From Phoronis australis (Eukaryota > Animalia > Phoronida), in assembly GCA_002633005.1 (NCBI GenBank), contig NMRA01000179.1, positions 689,274 through 753,273 of the forward strand: a DNA stretch of 64,000 bases. Reading direction: 5' to 3'. The first letter of the stretch is position 1. Each line of letters begins with the position of its first letter. Below, piece by piece: positions 38,301 to 50,300 of the stretch. The translations under genes were made by a program, and so were the position numbers. The notes beneath the pieces were generated by a model. The model was not told the origin of the DNA, searched no databases, and saw nothing but the letters and a program-made list of their open reading frames with translations.

Positions 38301-41300
38301 GTCGGACAATTTACATATGCGTGTCACGCCTGTGTGACTGCGTCCAAGGCAAGGGCAAGACACCGGGCTCATCTTGGAATTCTGTGGAAACCATGTAGAC
38401 TCTGCAAACACCCATTTCATTATTGGTAGCTCGCGTGCCAAGCCTGAAGTGTGGATGCTGGTTGAATTGTCTAAAGTCAACTTACTTTCACAGGAACTCA
38501 ACAATGTCAATGCATTTGTGTTCTTTCCTATTGGATCTGGTGAGTACTACTACTGCTTTGTTTGAATTTGAGGTTATCACGATAGCATTGTGGCGGTAAT
38601 AGTAAGTTTTGTGGATACATGATTCAAGAACCAGTTAGCACCGCTAGAAACAACAGATGTTATTCTAATACAGTACCCTGCAAGGCAAGTTACTGATCCC
38701 TCCTTTCAGGAAGATCACAAACTGTGGGACCATGCATGTACCACAAAAATGTAACAACAGTACTTGTTTTTGAACATGTAGTATAGACAGAGCTTTTTAT
38801 TGTACACACTGGTGAAATTTAGTAGTCCTAAGCCTGCATCACTGTAAACAACTGATTAACAGTCTTGTGTTCCTAAGGGCAAATCAGTGATATACCTGCC
38901 CTGTCGCCGTTGTTGGAGTCTAGGCAAGCCTAGAGCTATTCAGTCCACTTACTAGTAGCCTCTTGTGTTAGTTGTAAGTTTAGTCTGAGATTATGTGCAC
39001 CTAGTGACCTGTACTTGTTGCAAGCGGAAAATGCAATATCTCATTGACTTTCACTTTTCAACAACTGATATTGTTATGCGTCTTCTTTTTAGTTCATTAC
39101 AGGAAGTATTTTTCTATAGATATATTGATGAATGCTGTAGTTATAGCATTACAAATTCCAATTTTAACTGACACCCTGCACGCTGGAATTTCTTTTCACT
39201 TCAGCTGTCAGTGAATTATGTAATTCTGGAAATCATAGCGTGTCGTTATGTTTTATGAGTACCACTATGTTGACATTTGTTGTCTGGATATGATATTCAT
39301 TTGATGTCCAAAGGAATCCAATCAAACTGGCAAAAATAAATCAAGTACCCACAGTGTTTTTTTCTTGTTGTATTTGTGGTCGTTTTACATATAACACTCC
39401 ATGGGTCAAATGAATTATCTCAACTAAAATCATTGGATCATGCCACTCAGCGGCAGTCACACCTGTGTAGTGGCTGGGCTCGGCAAAGTTCTGCAAAAAG
39501 TGTATAATTCAAGAGTGTTACAACCTGCCTGTCATTTTTCAGAAAGTAGAGCAACAAAGCAGACCCCGCAAAAACTGCACAGGCGATGAAGACGGATGAG
39601 CAGTTTTGGGAGGAAGGCTGGCTGACACTACAACAGGATAAAGGTTTCTTTTCACGCTTGGCTGCCTTGAACTACGCTGGAAAATGGTCAAATGAGGGAG
39701 ATAATGAACTTGACAGTCAGTGATGTCCAGTAATACTCCAGATTTCATCTTTGTTCGAACATTATACAATCTGTTGGGTTGTCTGAGTGATTTAACCAGT
39801 TGTTATTGATGTGATATTGTGGAAACTGAGATAAATGTAAAATGCAATATAGCAGCACTTGCTGTGATTTTGTCAGTAAAATTTAGGATGTTTAGTCAGT
39901 GTTCTGGTTGAAACTTTGCTGTCCAATTTATTTAAAGATGCTGGTATTTCAGTTTTCATCTTTCAAATTCATATTACACTCAGTCTCTCTTAACTAAAAA
40001 GCGAAGCCTTATCTGAGTGTTAACTTATGTACAAGCTTAAGGAAAGGTAGTGACTTAGGCATGCTTGAACCAATTCACTGGCATTTAGATCAAAGAACAC
40101 ATTTGCATATCTCGTTTTTCCATGCTACTTTGTACCACTTAACTGGATGACCAGTGTTAATTAAACCAGATTACAGTCACATTAAATATCATTTTCAATT
40201 TAATCTGTTCCAACATTGTTTTTGCAGAATGAGAGTTATTTGGCGTACGGTATGTGATGATGAGTAAAGAGAGGTGCCGAAGTCACCTGTATTCTGAATT
40301 GTTAACATCAGGAGTGTCATGTGTAAGCCAATTCACTGGTATTTAGATCTTTTAACACATTTAGACATCTCATGTTTTCCATGGTAGTTTGTATAAATTA
40401 ACCAGGCAATGAGTGTTAAACCAGATTCTGATCGCATTAAATGTCACTTTTTACTTTAAAGTGGTCCAAAATTGTATATATAGACTGGGGAGTTACGTAT
40501 GGGATGAGGAGGTACATGTAAGCGAGATCACCTGTATTTTGAACAACTAACATAGGAGTCTCCTATTTGAGTCAGTCCATTAGCACTTAGATCAAATACC
40601 ACATTTAGATATCTCTGATGTGATTTTACCTTAGAAAGTTGGTAGTCTTGCTATTAAAGCACCTTGAAGACTAATTAGCAGTTACAACCCAATGTGCATG
40701 AAGTTATATTTTGAACTGAGTTTCAAAGTTTATATGCTGTATATTGTTTGTCTGCTGAGAAGTCATGGAAAACATGAGCTACAATACAATACTTGTCGTG
40801 TACTTATGGACTTTATACTGAAAGCAGCCTTTATCATCCTCACTTCTTTCACATGACCTCTGCAGTGGATCATGCTTCCAACATGAAGCATTTATATAGT
40901 CAAGTAACAGCTGATCACCTGGAACAGGATACATGTACCTTTGCCCTCTGGAGGACTGGGAAGTAATATGAATTCACTCTTTAGACTTCTCACAACTAGT
41001 CACACACACTTATTCAAGTACGTTCCTCTGTGCCTCCCACTGCGCAGGTGAAGTATCTTCTCACTGGTAGCTGGTTACATGTAGTCAGCCCCCATTGCTA
41101 CTTGAAAGTCTCCCATTTTTCACTTGTGTCAATCACAGCAAAATGCGCGCAGATAACAAAATGATAACATTAGCCAGCCATACCACTTCAAAAGTGAAGT
41201 TATTGTGACATTGGCGGCTATACACTGTATAACGTCCAGGGAATGACTCTGACCAGTGGTTTTGCATTTGCCTTGCCTGTAATTGCCAATGAATCTTTCA

Positions 41301-44300
41301 CCTTGACACTGTCCTCCGCTTTCAACGCCCTGCATCAAAACCACTTGAAGATTCTTCAAGAAATGTTTGTTCAGACACACTCCACAGCTAACCCACAGTA
41401 AGCATCTTTGTAAACAGGACAATCACAGATAAAACCATAAATGATCTTGTTCATACAACACTGTAAGATTTGGAACGTCGCAAGTGGGGAGAGGGCAACA
41501 CGATTTTTGAAGGAAAATGTTATGAAAATGATTTGTCGGCGTTTTTTTTTTTTTTTTAGCAGTGCAAATAAGATTACTGTGCTTTGTGAAACCAGTGAGA
41601 TTTGAATTTCGACTCTCGCAAAAGGTGTCCTGCCAAAACTACTGCTATTTGCGTAGTAAGTATCCTAATTCCATGACTACGGGCACTTTTTAGAAATAAA
41701 GTAGTGTACCCTCGGTGCCTAGAAAATACGAAATTTGATGAATGATAAATTGATTCGCCGTTTGCTGGGCAACTATTAACAAATGTTCACTTTTTGTTGA
41801 CGTTTGTCGGCATTACTCATTGTGGTGAAATGGCGTAACCACCAGTCATTTTTGACTTCAAATGACATGAAATCCGTTCGCGCCAGGAAATTTTTTTGTC
41901 TTATTTTGTAGACCTAAAATAGCTCAACACATTGGTTGGCACTAAAATGTTCTGAAACCTGTGCCAGCTGAGATATCGGGATACGAATTTAGCCAATTTT
42001 GACAGTTTCAAAAATCACTAAAAGTACTCATCTTATGCGGCTCTAAAAACAGACAAAAAATTATCGAAATCTTTTAAATTTTCATGAATAAAGTAGTCGA
42101 AGGTCACACCTGATCAATAACACAGGTTCAATATTTCAACGTTACTTCCACTGCGTAACGTAACTGTCGGAATTTTACTAAAACTGAACTGCCGCCAGGC
42201 TGAAAACTTGTCGGAAACAAATAGTATCCATGGAAACCAAAAGGGGGCGTTTTGAAAAAAATAAAGGTGGTCTGGAGTCAGTGGGGCTAGTGTCATCTCA
42301 CAGACAAAATATAAAGAGAATCTGTGACATAGCGTTTATCACCCTCTGCCTGGTCCATTCGCGAACATGCTTTTAAGTTGTGGATATGGTGTCCAGAGTA
42401 ACTAAACTATCTTTTGGAAAAAGAATTTTTGTTGCACCTAAAAGTTTATATAAATCATTAATTGGTCATTAAATAGTAGGTTTCTTAATTAATAACCCCA
42501 AATATTTTCGTGTCTTAAGTTGCATCATTTTAATTTGGGTGGTGATTAGAATGAAATAAACTTGAAGCGAATGTTGCGCTCGAAATTTTAATTAAATGGA
42601 TTTTTGGCCCTCTTTTGGAGCCAACAGGGACCAAAGCCCAGGATTGCGCAACTTTAGACGCCCCTTTCCTTCAATGGTTGGTAATTTACAATAGAATTAT
42701 GCACTCAAGCCTTTTTGCACCCAAAAGTGTGAATAACGTTCTGCTGGCTCTCCAACTATAGTGTTTACAACAAAGACTAAAAAAGTTCTTGAAAATTGAT
42801 GCACCTAGACTAGACTGGTTCTTTATCTGGTCAATTTACTGGTTCTGGATTAAAATGGCTACTCACGTTTAAAAACGAGAACCAAAAACCAATGAAAAGA
42901 GAGGACCCAGGGAATGTTAATTTGTGTTAGTCCGATGAGGCAAAGGGATAACACAGGTACCGCTTTCGAATTATTTTGTCAATTTAATCAATGACTGTCA
43001 TCTCGGTTAACTTACAGTACGTGTAACTAAATGTACATGTAAACACCAGACCTGATGCAGGACACACCGAGCACTTGTTTACAATCGAATTTAAACCCAA
43101 ATTGCATAAACGTGTTGATCGTCTACTTTTAAGACCGTAATGTACCACAGCATGACTGATTCCACAATATGACTCTCCATACAAATGCCGAAATGAATTA
43201 TAAAACGGTAAACACGAAACTTTTGAGCAATTGACTCACTGGGCTAATACGAAGACAAAACCAGGAAAACCCTCTCGGCGTGACAGTGCATGGGCATGGG
43301 TTCGCTTTTTGCAATAAATGGATAAAAGTGGACCTACATGTATCTGCACTAAAGACTGGAATAAAAGTTGAGATCTTAGTCACTTACCTCTAATTTAAAA
43401 CTTCTTTAACTGGAAGAATAAGCGAGGGACTTGCACATTCCATACACCGTGGTTTCGCAATATGTGAATGGACACGACAGCAACACACCAGTACTCGTAT
43501 GTAGCGGCGAACGGGTGAGCGTCAGATGCGGATGCCGCACATTCGCTCCACTCGAATTTCGGAAAATAATTCAACGTTTACACCGTTCCTTCGATTTCTC
43601 TAGCCGCCGAATATTGAACACGCAACCTAGTAGGCGTACACGATAAACGCAGGCGGCGGACTAATACTACCTAGCTTCGAGAAGGAAGCGCGTTGGTTGG
43701 ATCGAGATCGACGGACTGAAGCCTCGACTCGATAACACAAAGTAAAAAATGAAATAGCGCTTTTTTCGGGCTCCAAAAAATTGCCTTTTCCCGTCTCGGG
43801 AACGAAAGGAAACGAGGGGTCGAGTAGGGACTGGTGTCCGCGCGGCCGCTTTTGAATTGTTTTTATCCGACGGACTCTTAGCCAACATCTGGGTCTCGTT
43901 TTATCGTTTTAGTATATGTAGATTAACTGAAACCAGAGCCTCGGTAATTTTTGGAATACATACACTAAATGGAAAATACACTCAAACAACTAAAACTTCG
44001 CTGAAACTCGCAGAGCTTTATCTACAGTGTACGCTTAGGAAATTATTGAATGGGAGAATAAATGTAGACTCTACGATATTTTGTTGATATTTGACGAGAA
44101 TGCTTATCATGATTTGAATGAAAACTGCAACACTTTTCTTACTGTGATATTAAAGTGAGCATTTTGAACGTGTTAGTTGAAACCCTGAAATTACATACCA
44201 CCAACTAAACCATACACCAACAAATTGAGCTCAGCCTCTGAAGTAGCGGGCGCTAGACACAGCTTCCACTTTGGATAACAATGTTTTGAGGATACATCAA

Positions 44301-47300
44301 ATACATATCCTACACAACGGTCTACTGTGTTACATCGCCTTGCGCATTCCTCGACATCTGATACGACTCCAGCCGTTATACTGATATCTTTGCCTCGACA
44401 GTCGCCATTTCTACCTCTGTAACCCGGAATGTTAACCAGTTCAGCTACAAGTACAGGAAGTAAACGTATTATTTCACTAGGATGCTTACAGCAAGAGTAC
44501 ATAGAATATCCAGCACTTTACGAAATTTACTGGTAGCTAATTAAACATGTCTCACGAAGGGACCATCTATAATCTCAACTTACATGTACCTCTGTTAGTC
44601 ACCATCCTACTGGGACTTTCGCAAACAACCCTCCCCCCAAATATGGTCCCACAGAAATTTGCTGAATATACATGTAGGCTTTTAATCCGACCTGTTCGAT
44701 ACTTTCGGGGCTAAAATTAAACATTTCTACGACATATGAATAGTGATAGCGAGTGCCAGATAAAGCAAGGATTATTTTACATAATGTGAAATCAAAGTCA
44801 GAAATTGCGACGAAATTAGTCACTTTTTAATAAAAGCATGATATTTGATACTTTAGCATTTGTACAGTCGCAGAACGGGAGAGTGAGAGTAGTTGTAAGG
44901 CGAATGAGTAGTAAATCTCATTTCATCTCCTTAACAAATATCTTCTGCCGCCAAAGACCTTTATCTGACCATGCGTAATGACTTCCCGGTCTTCAATGAA
45001 AATATGGAACTGGTCAAAGTATTGTTTTATGACCAAAAAACTTATTTGACCACCCCAGTAAAACATTATCGTCAACAACTTGTTGTTTCTTGTCTGTTGT
45101 TTGCCTGATATACAGTATTGATTGCGGAGGCATTCCATCAGAAACTTTTGTGTGGGCTTAGTATGTACCTTTCATTTTCCATAAACAATCAGTTAACTCC
45201 AAGGTGAGTATATCTGTTTCGAAACAGTATGTGAGGCAAGATGTAGGACATTAACTGGGGGAAAGATGTAAGCTGGCGAAAGCTGTTAGGTTGCCTCAGT
45301 AGCAAGCAAATGGCCTAGGATACAGAAACCGGCACAGTATCAAAGGAATCAGCTGCGTCAAAAGATGATGCTTACTATGGAGCCTTTAAAGTGCGAATGC
45401 ACGTTTCCAAAATCACACAAGTACATCTCAACCAAATCCTGTTTAGTCCGTATTCCAGACGATACCGGTTTTCAGAGTTAAGCTTGCCTGGTATCAAATT
45501 TCCTTTTTTTAATCGGCAGGCTGTCTTTTGTCTGCTGTCACGACGCAAACAACAATTGCCTACCCCGTATTTGTTCCGCAAAAGAAGAATTCTGTATTAA
45601 CTTTTCACGAGAAATTCAAGTTCACGTTAAAAAATACATTTTATGTCCTTGACATTTCAATTCATTTAATCCAGTATTAAAATACCGTGAATCCATTTCT
45701 AATGCAATTTGTTGCCCTGTGCAACACAATGGGAGCTTAGATAAACTTTCGTGATATCCAGGGCGGCTGGCAACACCGATTTTACCGGTTGATCTACTGT
45801 TAAATTACACTGAGCGACCCGGTTTCCTAAAGAGACGCTTTCACAGTCTTCACATTTTCAGTGTGTTGTGATGTAGCCTGCGGGTCCGCTGATTTACGTG
45901 GTTGGGTTAGAAGATGGACGAGTGTGGAGAAGACACATACAGTATAAGATCACCTGCGTCACACGTTATAGTAGAACAAGATTCTACTGAGCAACCAAAG
46001 TATCTGTGTATTTTAAGTGTTTCTCAGGATAATTAATCCGGAACAGTGATAGTAGTGTTTCATATTTAACGAAATTTTTCCTTCAGACTTGTACGAGGTG
46101 GGAGGAGTTATAGTGCATAGGTATACGCAAGCGCCTCTTACGGCGATGGCTATACAATGTAGCTAGTTAGTCCGCCATCTTTAATACTGTTGCTTGTCGT
46201 TGCAGGCGTCTCGATTATCATCAGGATTTGGCTACGTATTTGCATGTAACTACAGAGATTGCCTTAAGAGGCACTATACACTATAGAGTGTTGCACCAGT
46301 TTATCCCATTGGCTCGTAAATATTTGAGGATAACCGATCGTTCCCTGTCTGGTGGTGATTTAAGAACAGGCCGCGTCAAAATAAAAGAAGTTAAAATTAA
46401 CCCCACGTGATTACAACATTCACCTAGGTGTGTTACAATATGTTCCACAAATTAAGAATATTTTTAAACCTCCAGAGTTTGGAATGTATCATACATGTAT
46501 TTCACATGTTCACCGTACAAGGAAACGACGATTTATCGTCAATATCAAGTCAAATTCTGTTGTAGGTAAGGAAATCTCATTTATGTAAATATTACAGCAA
46601 CTAGCACACAGTATCACAATATACCTCGCACAGAGGGCGTATATTTACAGATGTTTTACAAAGGACCTATATGTATATGTATATGTATATAGCAGCTGAA
46701 ATGGAATGGTGAATTTTAGATCAATTACAACGGTTTACGAGCCAATTGGCTGATTTTGGGCAAAATGGAGCGACTTCGAATTACTGCCACAGTCATTGCC
46801 TGTACCGGAATAGTTTGTTGCGATGATTAATTAGACGTGATAGAAGCTGTGGTGACTCCAGTTTTTAAATCATAGCAGGCGTGTATCTTATGACAACAAT
46901 CCAGGTGCTTGAATATGATAATCTACGTCTATACTACCACTGCTAAACATGCGCGCACCCAGCCTTTAATATGGGGGGCTCGAATTTCCGACGATGTGGA
47001 CCTTTTTCCGACAAAAACGTCGAAGGACTACAAAAAACCGGGTACCACGTCCAGGGCTGTGAATTGTGCGTTTGCGCCTTTTTAGCGGATCTTTTTGTCC
47101 ACTTCGCCAAATGGGGTGCACGTTCGAGCCCCCCGAGCCCCACCCTGCTGGGTGCGCGCATACTACACAGTTGGACTATCATATACATGTGACATCGACA
47201 GACCCGATCGACTTCGCCGGTACGCAGTGTAAACTGAGACATATTTGAGTGGTTCTGGATGACGACTTCTGGAATACAAACTAATTAAATGACTTGGCCG

Positions 47301-50300
47301 CTTTACTGGGTTGAACCAGCGAAGACAATCAAGCGGAGCTATTTTCACTTTCTTAATATACTTCATGTGACTCATATGCACTAATAGAAATTACCTTTAC
47401 AAACTGGTTTGTCACCGGACCAATATCCACTCGAGAGACAGGTTCTCGTCAAGTGGTCCAATGCTGCAAATCCAGGATGACAGCGATATGTCACCTTGTT
47501 AGGCGGTGTGAAATTGCTCCCATTTCTCGACGAAAACAAAACTATGCCAGGGTCACCACAATCAACAGGAAAATGTTAATGAACATTATTGTTAAATGTA
47601 TAGGAATGAAAATCCAGATGACTGGATCGATGCGGTTTCACCAACTGACTGATTTTGGGATTAAGACTATGCAAAAAAGTCTGGTAAATTTCCCGCGTTA
47701 GGTGTTTATAGTAGAGACAAAGTAATCTAAAAACGCCGTTGTTTAAATAGTATAACCAACCAGATAAGTGTTTCACGGGCAATACAACGTACACTGAAGG
47801 TGTGAACAGCCAACACCAAAATGTAATTGCGTCCTAGTGGAGAAATGAGAGCGCAATTACATCTTTTCTTGGAAATGGCCAGTGACAAAACAAATTGCCT
47901 TGTATGTGTTCCATAACAATCTGTTGTGCTACGGCGACAGGTTCTTTGGTAAGACGCATTCTTGAAAAAACCTTTTCCGAATTTTAGAATACAACATTAA
48001 TAACTTGGTCCCATATAGCAGTTACTTTGGCTCGAAAAAAAGTGCTTGCCCCCATTTCCAAATGTTTTCTGCGCACCAATTGCTTCCTGTTTTCAATGGT
48101 AACTTCTCTAAAAACCACTCGCTATCCTGTCGACCTACATTATGTGCCTGCATGATCATACATGTAGCTTTTTGTAATTTTATTACAGGTCGTCAATTCT
48201 CACCATTGTACGGTGGCCCAAAGATGACATCGCGCGTTTCTCTAATTATATCAGTATTTCGAGATATCGACTTAATAATCTCAAAGAATCTCAAGATCAT
48301 GAAATCTAATCGAGTTGGTACATGTATCTCTCGATCAATCGGTATCAATCTCGACATACATGTACTCAGATAAATAACTCAAGATTCCAAGATTCTGAGA
48401 TCCTGACATAATTAAGTTGGGATCTTTGCATCCCAGGATAATTAAGTCGGGATCCCGAGCTCCTGAGATAATTAAAAAGAGACGCACGGTGTCATCTTTG
48501 GGCCACCGTACAGTTGTCTACCAGACGTTTGTTGACTTCAAGATCGGTGTCTTAGAAGATGACTTTGGCAAAAAACAATGAAGCAGTTTACCGATTCTAA
48601 CATACAAACTAGAATGCAATTGCGTGTGCGCACTTACAACTCTGCGCGGGGTGTATACATGTGCAGAGTAGAGTATAGACGCATTCCATTGCAGAGAAGC
48701 TGCACCGTTTGTGTGAAACAGAGAGATGTCCCTGGCAACTATGAAAGAGCAAGAGTGAAATTTTAGAAAATCAACAGAAAACTGCACTTGATGACCCAAC
48801 ATTTGCACTTAGTGACCACAAAGTTTGTGACTGAATATATTTTACGAATGAAAATGATATTCGTAATTATCTAAGGTCTAGCTCAAAAATCACTTTTGCA
48901 CTTAATGACCTTTGACGCGGAAACTCGGTACCCTTTATCCGATTGGAAATCCGAGTACATTTTGGATTCCCCTCCTTAGTCCCTACTGCTTTACAAAATT
49001 CAAAGTGTTTATCTAAAAACCTCTAGAAGAAGCATTTTAAAGGAATGCACTCCTTTACCTGTTTCGGATCATTCCGGTGCAGTTTGGGTGAAAATATTAT
49101 AATCAATAAAATCATTTCACTACCGTATCCACTACAATAAATATGATTGTTGTTAACGAATCGATGTAAGAGTAATAACAATCTAAAAAGGAAGGAAGAA
49201 TAAGAAGAATAAGAATAAATAGATAAAATACGTAGAACAGTAAAACTCTGCGCTTGAACGCGCAGAGTTATAAGAAGATGAAATACGTAGAACGGTACAA
49301 CTCTGCGCTTGCACGCACTGAGTAATAATAATAAGATAAAATACGTAGAACTGAAAAAACTCTAGAAAGAAGAATAAGAACTAGAACGCAATTGCGTATG
49401 CACACTTACTACTCTGCGCGTGGTGTATGCATGTGCATAGTAAAGTATAGGGCCATTACATTGCATAGAAGTTGCATATCCTTTGTGTGAAAGAGAGAGA
49501 TTCCCCCGGGTAACTATGAAAGAGCAACAGTAAAGAGTAAGAATATCAACGGAAAACTGCACCTAATGACCAGACAGTTGCACCTAATGACCCCAAATTT
49601 TGTGACTGAATTTCCTTTACGAATGAAAAGTATAAACGCGTTTTTGTAAGCTCTAGCTCAAAAATCACTTTTGTACTTAATGACCTTTGACCCGGAAACT
49701 TCGTTCCCTTTATCCGATTTAAATTCCACGTAAATTTCGGGTGCACTTCTCTAGTACATGTATCTGCTTGTTATCAAAATTCGGAGAGTCTATCTGAAAA
49801 ATGTACAAGCAGAAGCACTTTGACGGAATGCACTCTTTGACCCGTTTCGGATCATTCCGGTGAATCTTAAGACAAATGCAAGTGATCAATAGAATTAGAT
49901 TGCCCATTGCTTGAACCAGTATGAATATGAACCCTCTTAATAATGAATATTGTAAGAATGATCAGATTGAAAAAGTCTGAAATTTAAAAGAAAAGTGCAC
50001 TAAATGACCCCAAAGTTGCACCTAACGACCCAAAATTTGTGATTGAACTTCCCTTGTGACTGGAAGCCACATGCATGAATATGAAAAGTCTAGCTCCAAA
50101 ATCACTTTTGCACTCAATGACCTTTGACCCGTAAACTCAGTTCCCTTGGTCCGATTGGAAATCCATGTAAATTCCTGATGCACTTCTTTAGTCCCTACTT
50201 GTTAACAAAGTTCAATGAGTCTATATAAAAATCTGTAGAAGAAGCATTTTGACGGAATGCACTCCTTGACCTTTTTTCAGATCATTCCAGGTCGTTTTGG

